Shown: positions 1 to 10,522, counted from the stretch's first letter. The stretch: 64,000 bases of DNA from an uncultured delta proteobacterium (GCA_963790475.1 CAWBOS010000010.1:1408001-1472000); one strand, 5' to 3'. Notes: a model not told the origin generated them from the letters alone. Made by a program: numbers and translations.

Positions 1-887
1 TTTTCCATTTCGGTGAAATAGGTTTTGCCCTGGGCCAATTCCTGGTCGCTTAATCCCTCGATAGGATTGAGCACAAGAGTTTGGGCTCCGACTTCCGTTG
101 CAATCGTCTGGGAAAGCCTGGGGCTGACAAGGCTCTCGAAAAAAATGGTTTTCACGTGATGTTTTTTGGCGAATCCGACGATATTCGCCATTTGCTGCGG
201 GGAGGGTTCGGCATCCGGAGAAAGTCCCGCGAGGGAAACTTGTTTCAATCCGTAGGTCGTTGCCAAGTAGCCAAAGGCCGAGTGAGAGGTAATGATAATT
301 TTTTCACCGCAATGGCTCAGCCCCTGCCTATAGGCCGCATCCAACTGGCTCAATTTGGATTTGAGTGCCGCCGCATTAGATTCGTAAACATCCTTATGGG
401 CAGGGTCGACCTGTATAAAACCCCGGACAATATGATCGACCATCTTTTGAGCCAGCGGGGGATCAAGCCAAACATGGGGATCGGTCATCATTCGCCCCTC
501 CTCATTCATTTGCTGGTTAGTCAGTCCCTGGCCGGCAACCACGATCAACAGCTTCTTCGGGTTTATATTCTGCCGGATATTGGCACCCCAGGCTTCCAGC
601 CCTCCGCCATTCAAAACCAGTAATTGGCTGCCCTCAATTTGCGCCATGTCTCGGGCCGTTGGTTCATAATCATGCGGTTCAGCCCCCGCGGGGGTTAGGT
701 TGACGACAATCGCCTGGTCACCGCCGATTTGCCGGGAGAAAAAAGCGAGGGGATAAAAACTGGTTACTACCCGAAGCCTTCCCCTTTGGTCCGGTTTGGA
801 AGGCCGGCCGGCCGTTCTTATTAAAATAAGAACAATTCCGAGAAAAATAAATCCGAGAATAAAAGAAATGATGACTTTTTTCCCCAT
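1..887 (-). CDS. znuA: Zn/Mn ABC transporter substrate-binding protein (ZnuA/AdcA family), 3' end outside the window; missing from the ORF track
   Basis: Manual translation from ATG at 887: MGKKVIISFILGFIFLGIVLILIR...RVVTSFYPLAFFSRQIGGD...PAGAEPHDYEPT...LNGGGLEAW...DPHVWLDP. The EPHDYEP and DPHVW metal-site motifs are present and the gene lies directly downstream of a Fur-family gene. Confidence 0.9.
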   Translation of the reverse strand, partial: MGKKVIISFILGFIFLGIVLILIRTAGRPSKPDQRGRLRVVTSFYPLAFFSRQIGGDQAIVVNLTPAGAEPHDYEPTARDMAQIEGSQLLVLNGGGLEAWGANIRQNINPKKLLIVVAGQGLTNQQMNEEGRMMTDPHVWLDPPLAQKMVDHIVRGFIQVDPAHKDVYESNAAALKSKLSQLDAAYRQGLSHCGEKIIITSHSAFGYLATTYGLKQVSLAGLSPDAEPSPQQMANIVGFAKKHHVKTIFFESLVSPRLSQTIATEVGAQTLVLNPIEGLSDQELAQGKTYFTEME

Positions 888-926
888 AGTCCTAAAAATG
901 AGGATAATCACCAGCGGATGAAAACG

Positions 927-1346
927 CTACAGGCAGTGACTGCACAACCCGTAGAACTCCAAGGAATGGGAACTGACCTTGAATTTCTCTTTTTTGTAGA
1001 TCTCCCGCTCCTGCTCTTCCAGGTGTTTATCCAAAACGATTTTCTGTACCTTGTTGCATTTAGTGCACACCAGATGATGATGATGCTCCGATGTTAATTC
1101 ATAATACACCTTATGGTCGGCCAATTGTATCTTCCGGATAATATTTTTCTCAAGCAGGAAACACAAGCCGCGATAAATGGTAGTTCGATCCCCTTTAAGG
1201 TTCTGCGTCTTTAACCGAGCAATAAATTCCGAAAGAGTTAGCAAACAATTTTCTTCAGAGAAAATTTTTACCATGGCCTTGCGGATCTTTGTGAGACGGT
1301 GGCCGTCTTCTTTAATTTTTTCAAGTATAGAATTTATTTCTGACAT
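927..1346 (-). CDS. zur: Fur-family regulator, probably Zur
   Basis: RTTIYRGL helix-turn-helix, HHHHLVCTKC and C-terminal GLCSHC motifs; upstream of the znuA-like gene. Confidence 0.85.
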   Translation of the reverse strand: MSEINSILEKIKEDGHRLTKIRKAMVKIFSEENCLLTLSEFIARLKTQNLKGDRTTIYRGLCFLLEKNIIRKIQLADHKVYYELTSEHHHHLVCTKCNKVQKIVLDKHLEEQEREIYKKEKFKVSSHSLEFYGLCSHCL

Positions 1347-1349
1347 AAT

Positions 1350-1493
1350 TAGTTCTCATCCGGAAATCCAAAATTTCCGGATAGCTTCCAGCAGTCAGCA
1401 TTTAGCCCAACTCCCCAAGGATAAAAGGTTTTGCTGAAGCCAAAAGCTGATGGCTGAACGCTCCATCCGGAAGACAGCACCTTTCCGGATGAG
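1350..1493. repeat. Intergenic element with terminal inverted repeats (CTCATCCGGAAA...TTTCCGGATGAG) and internal heptamer-like repeats
   Basis: Inverted repeat at ~1355-1366 and ~1481-1492 read directly from the sequence. Confidence 0.6.
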
Positions 1494-1502
1494 CTTTTTT
1501 AT

Positions 1503-1517
1503 TGCAACATTGTTGCA
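1503..1517. promoter_or_regulatory. Putative Zur box, perfect 7-1-7 palindrome TGCAACA-T-TGTTGCA
   Basis: Perfect palindrome just downstream of the zur-znuA -10 element; resembles the TGCAAC-N3-GTTGCA Zur motif described for deltaproteobacteria. Confidence 0.75.
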
Positions 1518-1519
1518 TT

Positions 1520-1548
1520 AAATTACCTCCTTCTGTTTCAGGTGTCAA
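1520..1548 (-). promoter_or_regulatory. sigma70 promoter for zur-znuA (TTGACA-17 bp-TAATTT)
   Basis: Minus-strand -35 at 1548-1543 and -10 at 1525-1520. Confidence 0.65.
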
Positions 1549-1861
1549 GCCATTTTTGAGACTCGTTCCCCTGCACTTTTAGGTAACTATTGAATTGGGG
1601 AGCCTTTCCAATAAGGGAGGTCGAGGGATCTTTTTCCCGGGATTTCAAGCCGAAATAAGCAGGAGGGATATAGGCGGTGCCGGTTTCCGGCTCATCTGTG
1701 GGAGAGGATGGCCGCGGGACTTGCCGTTGATTTTATTAGGGGAGAACACGGAGGGGCTCCGGTTCGGAGAGGCGAGCCTACACCCCGGAGTGAAGGGGAA
1801 AAAGAAATAATTTCTTAAGCCTCATTTATATGCACTTGCCAAATTAGTTGAGACCAATCGT

Positions 1862-2182
1862 TTAGGGATTGGACGGACTATCTTGTCGCAGGAATGGTTT
1901 TTTAAAGGAGTGAAACCTTTTCCTTACCTCAATCAATTTGGACCTGATATTTTGCCCGGGTTCTACTCCAAGAGTAGTCTTGGTTATATTATCAGTGAAC
2001 AAGGCGACAGGCGGCTGGTCATTGACCCGTTGTTGCATCCCATTAAACCATAAGCCTAATCTGATCCCTTTTCTTGCAAAGTCGATGATCAAATCCATCT
2101 CCTGAAGTTTGGAAATAAAATTCTCCTTTTCAATCAGGATAGAATTATCACCGGAAAATGATTTTTTTCCTTTAGTTTTCAA
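1862..2182 (-). CDS. Hypothetical protein (106 aa)
   Basis: Isolated ORF with a TTG start and a GAAGGT RBS-like sequence; no motif recognised. Confidence 0.45.
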   Translation of the reverse strand: MKTKGKKSFSGDNSILIEKENFISKLQEMDLIIDFARKGIRLGLWFNGMQQRVNDQPPVALFTDNITKTTLGVEPGQNIRSKLIEVRKRFHSFKKPFLRQDSPSNP

Positions 2183-2550
2183 ATTATTACCTTCGATCTA
2201 TTTTTAAGCGGTTCTTTTGAGAAAAAGAATCGTCTTTAGAAATTTCTCAATTTTATTATCTTATGAAGACACACCAGAATAAATAAGGCAAAGGGATTAT
2301 TTTATTTATTAGAATACTGTATTCTTCGGTTACAACACAGTTATTGGGGTCGATGTCAGGAAGAGAATTGTGTCCGGGCCTGGAGGACGGATGCCGGGTT
2401 TTTGGAAAAGAATTTTCTCCAGCCCCAACCCCCAACTCTGACCTTGCAATTTTCAATAAGTTTTCCTTATGTTTCTTGAGAAATGCAAGACCCCAATTCA
2501 CCTCACAACTAAACTCATTAATTTTTCAATAAGTTATGACTATTTATTTC

Positions 2551-2566
2551 TGGCATACCCCTTGCA
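2551..2566 (+). promoter_or_regulatory. sigma54 (-24/-12) promoter TGGCATACCCCTTGCA with upstream IHF-like sites
   Basis: Exact GG-N10-GC spacing with the TGGCA/TTGCA consensus; direct repeat TTTTCAATAAGTT at 2450-2462 and 2523-2535 resembles the IHF consensus. Confidence 0.75.
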
Positions 2567-2685
2567 TCCTTTAATGGGATGGGAATTTTAGGACTTCCCT
2601 TCTAGGGTATCACCAGGGATAAAATGGATGAATGTTCCAAAGAAATTCTCTTGGGAGGTCCCTCCAAAACAAAGGAAAAAAGAAA

Positions 2686-3984
2686 ATGAGCAAGAGATTA
2701 TTGAGCATGACCTTGGCCATTTTGATGTTTTCCGGATTGGCCATAACAGCCGGAGCAGAAGAAATCAAGCCCGAGGCACCCAAACCTGAGGCAACAAAGG
2801 CCGAGGAAGCCAAGCCGGCGGAGGCCCCGGCAGCAGTGCCAGGGCTGTTGATGAGCACTTTGGGCAAGGCGGGACTGGCCGCACCTTTGGATAAGGCTGG
2901 GATCAACATCTACGGCTACATTGAAGGCGGCTACATGCACGACGTCACCTCGAGTCACGATGGTCCAACCTTCATCGGGTATAACAGTTTCAAGGACACG
3001 GGTATCCTTAACAAGATCAGTTTGAACATCGAACGCACGGTCGATCCGACCAAGAAGCAGTTTGACCTTGGTTTCCACCTGGAAGAAATCTGGGGTACGG
3101 ATGCCGCGTTTATCCACTCGAATGGGATCGGTGATACGCAGACGGATCGATATCAATGGGACCTTCTCCAAGGCTATGTGGACATGACCATCCCCGGCAT
3201 GCCGGTGCGAATCCGCGCAGGCAAATGGATCGAACTGGCGGGTTTCGAGCAGTTCAGCGCCAACATCTACGGGGCTTTCGGTGATCCGTTCAGGTCACTC
3301 TATTCTTTCAGCTACCAATTCCTCTATGCCGAGCCGGGCACACAGACGGGCGTTTTGGTCACTTACGTGCCGAATCCCAAGTGGTCCTTTGACGCTGGCT
3401 TTACGCGTGGCTGGAACCAGTCCACCCGCGACGCCAACGATGCCCTGGACTTTTTAGGTCGCGTCACCTTTACCCCCAGCGACAAGACATCCATCGTTTT
3501 CGTTATGACGGAAGGGCCGGAGTTCCCGATAGGCGTCGGGAACAATCTGCCTAATGGCGACTCCGGTGACTGGTGGACCGCGTTGGACCTGGTTGTCACC
3601 CAGAAGATTACTGAAAAATTAAGCCTCGGCTTGGGCATTGACTACGTCTATGCTCCGCAAATCCCCGGCTTAACGAGCGGTGCCAAGCAGTGGGGAGGTG
3701 TGGCAGGCTACGTCAGCTACGCGATCGATCCGCGCCTCACGCTCAACACCCGGCTGGAGTGGTATAAAGACGACGCTGATGGCTTCTCCACCGGTGCGTC
3801 CGTCAGCGCTAACTACTATGAGGCGACGGCGGGCGTGGCCATCAAGCCTTTCCCGAAAGACAAGTTTCTCTCGAAGTTGCTGTTCAGACCGGAAGTTCGC
3901 TACGACCACTCCGACCAGCCGGTCTTCAACAGTGGCGACAAAGATCAGTTGACCTTCAGCGTGAACGCCCTCTTCACCTTTTAG
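2686..3984 (+). CDS. Outer-membrane beta-barrel porin (OmpL-like/DUF1597-type)
   Basis: Signal peptide from ATG 2686 (AAGGAA RBS), amphipathic beta strands, RPEVRYDHS motif and C-terminal Phe. Confidence 0.8.
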   Translation: MSKRLLSMTLAILMFSGLAITAGAEEIKPEAPKPEATKAEEAKPAEAPAAVPGLLMSTLGKAGLAAPLDKAGINIYGYIEGGYMHDVTSSHDGPTFIGYNSFKDTGILNKISLNIERTVDPTKKQFDLGFHLEEIWGTDAAFIHSNGIGDTQTDRYQWDLLQGYVDMTIPGMPVRIRAGKWIELAGFEQFSANIYGAFGDPFRSLYSFSYQFLYAEPGTQTGVLVTYVPNPKWSFDAGFTRGWNQSTRDANDALDFLGRVTFTPSDKTSIVFVMTEGPEFPIGVGNNLPNGDSGDWWTALDLVVTQKITEKLSLGLGIDYVYAPQIPGLTSGAKQWGGVAGYVSYAIDPRLTLNTRLEWYKDDADGFSTGASVSANYYEATAGVAIKPFPKDKFLSKLLFRPEVRYDHSDQPVFNSGDKDQLTFSVNALFTF

Positions 3985-4228
3985 GATCGCCCCGGCGTTT
4001 GTCACCGCCTGGGCCTACCGGAGACGAGGGTATCAAGAACCTGTCCTCGGATTGGTAGAAAAGGGGAAAAAGATTGAAACCTTTTTGGCATGTTTGCCTG
4101 GGAATTGTCAATGATCAACACACAATTTACTCAAAATTAGGGGTTGTTCCAATTATTCTCTTCTCTTGTCCTTCAAGCCGCCATGCAAATCTCGAGAAGT
4201 TTTTATCTTGCTTTTTGGGAGTGCAAGG

Positions 4229-4245
4229 TGCAAATCTTTCTTGCA
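4229..4245. promoter_or_regulatory. Palindrome TGCAA-N7-TTGCA, candidate transcription-factor site upstream of the kinase/kdp operon
   Basis: TGCA-N9-TGCA spacing as in NtrC-type sites; further TGCAA half-sites at ~4184 and ~4222. Confidence 0.4.
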
Positions 4246-4336
4246 AATAAGAGTTGAGGGCTTACAATAAACTAAATAAAGGGATAATTTGCTGTAATTT
4301 GCTTCGTTTTAATAAATTAACCAAAAAAGAGTACCC

Positions 4337-6181
4337 ATGTTAGGTCTTCGACAAAAAATATCTCTCGGCTTCGGCGGGCTGCTGATCATTATTTTATTTA
4401 TCGGAATCCAGAGTATCATTCAACTCAGCCGTCTGGGAGAGTCCATCGATGTCATCCTGCGAGAAAACTATCGGAGTGTCATCGCCTGTCAGGAGATGAA
4501 AGAAGCCCTGGAACGTATTGATAGCGGAGTCCTTTTTTCGCTTCAGGGAAACACCCCAAAAGGCCATGAACAGATTCGTATCAATGAAAAGGCCTTTGAA
4601 AAGGCCCTTCAGGTGGAATTGAACAATATCACACTTCCCAGTGAAGGCGGAAAGGCCGCATTGCTGCAAAAGAATTACAGTCAATACAAAAGCTCCCTTA
4701 AGGAAGTGGTTGATAGTCCCCTTCCAATTAATCATCGTCGTCAGACTTATTTTGATGAACTCCTTCCCTTGTTCGACCGTATTAAAGGAACCGCCAACGA
4801 AATCCTTCAAATGAACCAGCAAAATATGCACGAAGCCAATGATCGGGCCCGCCGGAGTGCCGCTACGGCTAAAAGGGAGATGGTCTTTCTTTTATTGGCG
4901 GGAATGATCATCGCCGTAGGATTTTTATTTTTTTTCGGGAAATGGGTCTTGCGCCCTATTAACCGCCTGATCCAATCTACCGATGAAATCAGAAAAGGAA
5001 ACCTGGACCTGGTTGTCCAAAGCACCTCCCACGACGAGATTGGTCATCTTTCCCAAGCCTTTAATGACATGGCCACAAGCCTCAGGGAGTTTCGCCGTTC
5101 CAACCGTTCCAAATTGTTTCGGATCCAGCAGGCCACGCAACAGGCCTTTGACAGTCTCCCGGAAGCGGTGGCGGTTATCGACCCGGAAGGCAAGGTGGAG
5201 GTGGCCACGGAAGCGGCTAGGAGATTTTTTGGCTTGCAGCCCAACACTTCTATCAAGGATTTGCCCCTTGAATGGATAAATGGTTTGGTGGGGGAGGCCT
5301 TTAAGCTGGCCCGGACAACCGAGCCCAAAGACAACCAAACGGTTATTCAACATTTTATCAAAGGAGAAGAGCGCTTCTTTCGCCCGGAGGCAGTACCCAT
5401 ATTGGATAGTGAAAGGCAACCCACCGGGGTCGTCCTGGTCCTGCAAGACATCACCCAGATCAGACAGCAGGATGAGATAAAAAGAGGGATGATCTCCACT
5501 GTATCCCATCAGCTCAAGACGCCTCTCACTTCCATTCGTATGGCCATCCACCTCCTGCTGGAGGAAAAAGTAGGCCCCCTGACGGAACAACAGGTCGATC
5601 TTCTTTTAACGGCCCGGGAAGACAGCGACCGGCTGCACAATATTCTCAACAACCTGCTGGATATCAGCCGCATCGAATCCGGCAAGACCAAGATGGAATT
5701 TCGGGCGGTTTCCCCCAATTCCCTCCAAATGGAAGCCTTGGAGCCCTTTTGGAGGGCGGCCCACGACCAGGGAGTGACTCTGCTCGTCGATATACCGGGA
5801 GAATTACCCGACGTCTGGGCCGATCCGACCAGGATTTACTATGTCTTTAGCAATCTTCTCTCCAATGCCTTTAGATACACCCCGCCCGGAGGCAAGATTA
5901 CTTTTTCGGCCCGGACGGAAGAAAAGCAGGTCCGTTTTTCCGTCGCCGACACGGGAAAGGGGATCCCCGCTCAATATCTCCCCAGGATTTTTGAACAATT
6001 TTTTCGGGTCCCCGGTCAGGAAAAGGAATCAGGGGCCGGTCTCGGACTGGCCATTGTTAAAGAAATCATCGAAGCCCACGGTGGGACAGTGGGCGTGGAA
6101 AGTCAGGAAGGGAAAGGGAGCACCTTTATCTTTACCCTTAGGACAGTCGACCAGACTTCAAAGACGGAGGATGATTCATGA
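4337..6181 (+). CDS. Membrane sensor histidine kinase (periplasmic four-helix bundle, HAMP, PAS, HisKA, HATPase), Kdp-associated
   Basis: Two TM helices, DEIGHLSQAFNDM HAMP, VSHQLKTPLT H-box, NLLSNAFRY N-box, DTGKGI and GAGLGL G-boxes. Confidence 0.92.
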   Translation: MLGLRQKISLGFGGLLIIILFIGIQSIIQLSRLGESIDVILRENYRSVIACQEMKEALERIDSGVLFSLQGNTPKGHEQIRINEKAFEKALQVELNNITLPSEGGKAALLQKNYSQYKSSLKEVVDSPLPINHRRQTYFDELLPLFDRIKGTANEILQMNQQNMHEANDRARRSAATAKREMVFLLLAGMIIAVGFLFFFGKWVLRPINRLIQSTDEIRKGNLDLVVQSTSHDEIGHLSQAFNDMATSLREFRRSNRSKLFRIQQATQQAFDSLPEAVAVIDPEGKVEVATEAARRFFGLQPNTSIKDLPLEWINGLVGEAFKLARTTEPKDNQTVIQHFIKGEERFFRPEAVPILDSERQPTGVVLVLQDITQIRQQDEIKRGMISTVSHQLKTPLTSIRMAIHLLLEEKVGPLTEQQVDLLLTAREDSDRLHNILNNLLDISRIESGKTKMEFRAVSPNSLQMEALEPFWRAAHDQGVTLLVDIPGELPDVWADPTRIYYVFSNLLSNAFRYTPPGGKITFSARTEEKQVRFSVADTGKGIPAQYLPRIFEQFFRVPGQEKESGAGLGLAIVKEIIEAHGGTVGVESQEGKGSTFIFTLRTVDQTSKTEDDS

Positions 6182-6261
6182 TCGATCTTATTTATATTTT
6201 AATTTCAATCGTTTTTTTTGGCTTGTGTGTCCTTTACATGCGGGCCTGTGAAAGGCTGTAA
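6178..6261 (+). CDS. 27-aa hydrophobic peptide preceding kdpF (MIDLIYILISIVFFGLCVLYMRACERL)
   Basis: ATGA overlap with the kinase stop, GGAGG RBS, single TM helix; similar small peptides precede kdpF in other bacteria. Confidence 0.7.
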   Translation: MIDLIYILISIVFFGLCVLYMRACERL

Positions 6262-6262
6262 C

Positions 6263-6346
6263 ATGTCGGATATTATTGGATTGATTATCGGGCTGATCCT
6301 GATCGTTTATCTCTTTATAACCGTTCTTCGGCCTGAAAAGTTTTAA
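6263..6346 (+). CDS. kdpF: K+-transporting ATPase subunit F (MSDIIGLIIGLILIVYLFITVLRPEKF)
   Basis: YL..LRPEKF signature and position before kdpA. Confidence 0.92.
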   Translation: MSDIIGLIIGLILIVYLFITVLRPEKF

Positions 6347-6360
6347 AAGAAATGTTTTTG

Positions 6361-6554
6361 TTCACCGCAAAGACCCAAAAGAACGCAGGGAGAATCATAT
6401 TTATTCAATCCCGTGAGAGGCGGGATTGAATAAACAACACTGGCCTCCGGCAAAATAATTACCCGCAGGGTAGCGAAAGCTTTTTCCTTTCTGTCCTCTC
6501 AACAGAAAAGGAAAAATTATTTCCCCTTTGCGTTCTTTGCGGCTCTGCGGTGAA
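6361..6554. repeat. MITE-like palindromic element between kdpF and kdpA
   Basis: Terminal imperfect IR TTCACCGCAAAGAC..AAAGAACGCA / TGCGTTCTTTGCGGCTCTGCGGTGAA, plus internal hairpins such as AATCCCG..CGGGATT. Confidence 0.65.
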
Positions 6555-6610
6555 AACAGTTTTAGAAAAACTAAACTGGTGCAACAAAATGATGCTACAA
6601 AAGGAATAGA

Positions 6611-8416
6611 ATGATGGACTTTTACGGATGGATTCAACTCACACTCTATATGCTGGTTCTTCTGGCACTGACCAAACCCATGGGCCTTTATTTGGTTCAG
6701 GTCCTGGACGCCGAAGGCAAGACCTTTCTCGATCCGGTTCTACGGCCTTTGGAACGGGTCTTGTACCGGTTCTTTGGTCTGGACCCGAAAAAGGAGCAGG
6801 ACTGGAAAGGCTATACCTTTTCCCTGCTTCTGTTCAGCCTGGTCGGGTTGCTGTTTACTTATTTTATCCTTCGACTTCAGCACCTGCTGCCTCTCAATCC
6901 CCAGGGCCTCGGGCCGGTTCCCGCCGACCTGGCCTTTAATACGGCGGCCAGCTTCACCACCAACACCAACTGGCAGAATTACGGCGGGGAGTCTACCCTC
7001 TCCTATTTCTCGCAGATGGTGGGTCTTGTTTTTCATAATTTCGCTTCAGCCGCCGTGGGCCTGGCCGCGGCCGCGGCCCTGGTACGCGGCATTGCCCGTC
7101 ATTCAGCCAAAACGATCGGCAACTTCTGGGTCGATTTAATCCGGGGAAACCTTTACCTGCTGCTGCCGATCAGTCTGGTACTGGCCATCTTCCTGGTCTC
7201 ACAGGGCATGATCCAGAACTTTAAGGCCTATGATTCGGCCAGCCTCATCGAACCCATGACCGTCCAGATGCCCAAAAAGGATACCAACGGCCAGGAGGTC
7301 AAGGATGCCCAGGGCAACCCGGTGATAGAAGAGCAGAAGTTAACACAACAAACCCTTTCTCAAGGTCCGGTGGCCTCGCAGGTGGCCATCAAGATGCTGG
7401 GGACCAACGGCGGCGGTTTTTTCAACGCCAATGCCTCCCATCCTTATGAGAATCCTACCCCCTTATCCAATTTTTTTCAGATGCTGGCCATCTTTCTCAT
7501 TCCCAGCGGCTTGACCTATTATCTGGGCCGCATGGTCAAAAACCAAAAGCATGGCTGGGCCATCTGGAGCGCCATGACCATTCTTTTTCTCAGCGCCTTC
7601 CTGGTCTGCTGGTACGCTGAATCGGCCGGCAATCCGCGTCTGCAAGCCCTTGGCCTGGACCCGGTAAACGTGAACATGGAGGGGAAAGAGGTGCGTTTCG
7701 GGATCTTCAATTCCGCCCTTTTTGCCTCCATCACCACCGACGCCTCTTGCGGGGCGGTCAATGCCCTGCATGATTCCTTTACCCCTCTGGGAGGACTGAT
7801 CCCCCTTTTTAACATCCAGTTGGGCGAGGTCGTTTTCGGGGGAGTTGGTGCGGGATTGTATGGAATGCTTATCTTCGTTATTTTGGCCGTATTCCTGACC
7901 GGTTTGATGGTCGGCCGTACACCCGAGTATCTGGGAAAAAAGATAGAACCCTATGAGGTGAAGGTGAGCGTTCTGGCCCTCATGATACTGATCTTCAGTA
8001 TCCTCTGCTTCTCGGCCTGGGCCCTGGTCAGCAAATGGGGATTGGCCGGCTTGAACAATGGCGGTCCCCATGGGTTGAGCGAGATACTCTATGCCTTTTC
8101 ATCGGCCACCGGAAATAATGGCAGCGCCTTCGCCGGACTGAGCGGTAATACCCCTTGGTACAACACCACCCTGGGGCTGGCCATGCTTTTCGGACGGTTT
8201 ATCATGCTGGTGCCGGTCATGGCCCTGGCCGGGAGTCTGGCCGGGAAAAAACTTGTCCCCTCCTCCGGTGGAAGTTTTCCGGTCTGGGGTTTGACCTTTA
8301 CCCTCGTCTTAGTGGGTACGGTAGTAATCGTCGGGGCCCTGACTTTTCTCCCGGCCCTGGCCCTGGGTCCTGTCGTCGAACACTTTCTGATGACCGGATC
8401 AAAAATTCTCTTTTAA
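6611..8416 (+). CDS. kdpA: K+-transporting ATPase subunit A
   Basis: [28 protein letters not shown] and NNGSAFAGL filter motifs. Confidence 0.97.
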   Translation: MMDFYGWIQLTLYMLVLLALTKPMGLYLVQVLDAEGKTFLDPVLRPLERVLYRFFGLDPKKEQDWKGYTFSLLLFSLVGLLFTYFILRLQHLLPLNPQGLGPVPADLAFNTAASFTTNTNWQNYGGESTLSYFSQMVGLVFHNFASAAVGLAAAAALVRGIARHSAKTIGNFWVDLIRGNLYLLLPISLVLAIFLVSQGMIQNFKAYDSASLIEPMTVQMPKKDTNGQEVKDAQGNPVIEEQKLTQQTLSQGPVASQVAIKMLGTNGGGFFNANASHPYENPTPLSNFFQMLAIFLIPSGLTYYLGRMVKNQKHGWAIWSAMTILFLSAFLVCWYAESAGNPRLQALGLDPVNVNMEGKEVRFGIFNSALFASITTDASCGAVNALHDSFTPLGGLIPLFNIQLGEVVFGGVGAGLYGMLIFVILAVFLTGLMVGRTPEYLGKKIEPYEVKVSVLALMILIFSILCFSAWALVSKWGLAGLNNGGPHGLSEILYAFSSATGNNGSAFAGLSGNTPWYNTTLGLAMLFGRFIMLVPVMALAGSLAGKKLVPSSGGSFPVWGLTFTLVLVGTVVIVGALTFLPALALGPVVEHFLMTGSKILF

Positions 8417-8432
8417 AGGGGTAAATAAAATC

Positions 8433-10454
8433 ATGGCGGTTAAAACGCATTCCCTTTTTGAACGGGCCATTATCGGACAGGCCATAATTGACTCATTGAA
8501 AAAACTCAATCCGATATCCTTGTTGAAAAATCCGGTTATATTTGTGACCGAAGTCGGCGCAGCCTTGACCACCCTCGGCCTTTTTTTCAGCGTTGGAAAA
8601 GACCCTTTCGGGTTCATCCTGCAAGTCACCCTCTGGCTCTGGTTTACCGTACTCTTCGCCAATTTTGCCGAGGCCATGGCCGAAGGCCGGGGCAAGGCCC
8701 AGGCCAATGCCCTCCGCAAGACACGCACCCAGACCGTGGCCAATCGATTGAAATCCGATGACTCGGTGGAGAAAATCGAAGCCGACCGTCTGCGGAAGGG
8801 CGACCTGGTCCTGGTGTCGGCCGGAGAGATCATCCCTTCGGACGGTGAAATCATAGCCGGAGTGGCTACGGTGGACGAATCGGCCATCACCGGAGAGTCG
8901 GCCCCGGTCATCCGCGAAGCCGGCGGCGATCGTAGCGCCGTTACCGGCGGCACCAGGGTTCTATCGGACCAGATCAAGGTCCTAGTAACCGCTAACCCGG
9001 GGGAAAGTTTTCTGGATCGTATGATCCTGCTCGTTGAAGGGGCCCAACGTCAAAAAACTCCCAATGAAATCGCCCTGACCATCCTCCTCTCGGCCCTGAC
9101 CATCATCTTCTTGATGGTCTGCATCACCTTGAAGCCCTTCGGTCTTTACTCAGGTGTGGCTTTTTCGATAACCGTCCTGGTCGCCTTACTGGTTTGCCTG
9201 ATCCCAACCACCATCGGAGGTTTACTTAGCGCCATCGGCATCGCCGGGATCGATCGGATGGTCCAAAAAAATGTCTTGGCCATGAGCGGCCGGGCCGTCG
9301 AAGCCGCCGGGGATATTGACGTGCTGCTTTTGGACAAGACAGGGACTATCACTTTGGGGGACCGCCAGGCCAGTTCCTTTCTTCCCGCCCCCGGCGTCCG
9401 GCCTGAAGAACTGGCCGATGCGGCCCAATTGGCCTCCCTGGCCGATGAAACACCCGAAGGTCGAAGCATCGTTGTGCTGGCTAAACAATATGGTTTACGA
9501 GGGCGTTCCATCTCCGAAATGTCTGATGCCCGATTTATCCCCTTTTCTGCCCAGACCAGAATGAGTGGAGTGGATTTGGGGGAAAGACAGATCCGTAAAG
9601 GGGCCATTGACGCCGTGAAGACCTTTACCGGAACGGATCTCCCCCTGGAGGTTCAAGATGCTGTGGACACTATTTCCCTTTCCGGGGGGACCCCCTTGCT
9701 AGTAGTCGATAAGAACAAGGTGCTGGGGACCATCCATCTGAAGGACATTGTCAAAGGAGGGCTGAAGGATCGTTTCGAACGATTCAGAGCCATGGGCATC
9801 AAGACCGTCATGGTCACCGGAGACAACCGTTTAACGGCCGAGGCCATTGCCCGGGAGGCCGGGGTCGATGATTTCATTGCCGAGGCCAAGCCGGAGGATA
9901 AGTTGGCCCTGATCCGCAAAGAACAAGGGGCGGGTCACTTGGTAGCCATGACCGGGGACGGAACCAACGACGCCCCGGCCCTGGCCCAGGCCGACGTCGG
10001 GGTGGCTATGAATACCGGGACCCAGGCGGCCAAAGAGGCCGGCAATATGGTGGACCTGGATTCCAACCCCACCAAATTGATCGAGGTGGTTGAAATAGGC
10101 AAACAACTGCTCATCACCCGTGGGGCCTTGACCACCTTTAGCATAGCCAATGATGTGGCCAAATACTTTGCCATCATCCCAGCCATGCTGATGAGTGTCT
10201 TTCCGGTTATCGCCCCCCTTAATATTATGGGCCTTCAGTCCCCCCAAAGCGCCATTCTAAGTGCCGTTATTTTTAATGCCCTGATCATTATTACCTTAAT
10301 CCCTTTGGCCTTAAGGGGGGTGCGTTTCCGGCCGGTAGGGGCGGCCGTCATGCTCAGACGCAACCTGTTAATATACGGATTGGGCGGCCTCATAGCCCCC
10401 TTTCCAGGCATTAAGCTGATCGATATGATCGTCAATGCCTTGCATATGGTGTAG
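8433..10454 (+). CDS. kdpB: K+-transporting ATPase subunit B
   Basis: [18 protein letters not shown] and [10 protein letters not shown] motifs. Confidence 0.98.
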   Translation: MAVKTHSLFERAIIGQAIIDSLKKLNPISLLKNPVIFVTEVGAALTTLGLFFSVGKDPFGFILQVTLWLWFTVLFANFAEAMAEGRGKAQANALRKTRTQTVANRLKSDDSVEKIEADRLRKGDLVLVSAGEIIPSDGEIIAGVATVDESAITGESAPVIREAGGDRSAVTGGTRVLSDQIKVLVTANPGESFLDRMILLVEGAQRQKTPNEIALTILLSALTIIFLMVCITLKPFGLYSGVAFSITVLVALLVCLIPTTIGGLLSAIGIAGIDRMVQKNVLAMSGRAVEAAGDIDVLLLDKTGTITLGDRQASSFLPAPGVRPEELADAAQLASLADETPEGRSIVVLAKQYGLRGRSISEMSDARFIPFSAQTRMSGVDLGERQIRKGAIDAVKTFTGTDLPLEVQDAVDTISLSGGTPLLVVDKNKVLGTIHLKDIVKGGLKDRFERFRAMGIKTVMVTGDNRLTAEAIAREAGVDDFIAEAKPEDKLALIRKEQGAGHLVAMTGDGTNDAPALAQADVGVAMNTGTQAAKEAGNMVDLDSNPTKLIEVVEIGKQLLITRGALTTFSIANDVAKYFAIIPAMLMSVFPVIAPLNIMGLQSPQSAILSAVIFNALIIITLIPLALRGVRFRPVGAAVMLRRNLLIYGLGGLIAPFPGIKLIDMIVNALHMV

Positions 10455-10459
10455 TTGCT

Positions 10460-10494
10460 TGAAGGCTCAAAGCTGAAAGCTCAAAGTTCAAAGG
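10460..10494. repeat. Heptamer tandem repeat (AAAGCTC/AAAGCTG-like)
   Basis: tgaaggctcaaagctgaaagctcaaagttcaaagg. Confidence 0.6.
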
Positions 10495-10522
10495 AAAAAC
10501 ATTGAACCTTATATCATGACCT

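Noticed and set aside
81-623. 180-aa plus-strand ORF
   Set aside because: It is the antisense shadow of the znuA-like gene on the minus strand.
1595-1810. GC-rich intergenic stretch or 71-aa ORF as a riboswitch or gene
   Set aside because: No recognisable RNA motif blocks or protein features; not supportable by eye.
4086-4097. TGGCATGTTTGC as a second sigma54 promoter
   Set aside because: The GG-to-GC spacing is 7 nt rather than the required 10.
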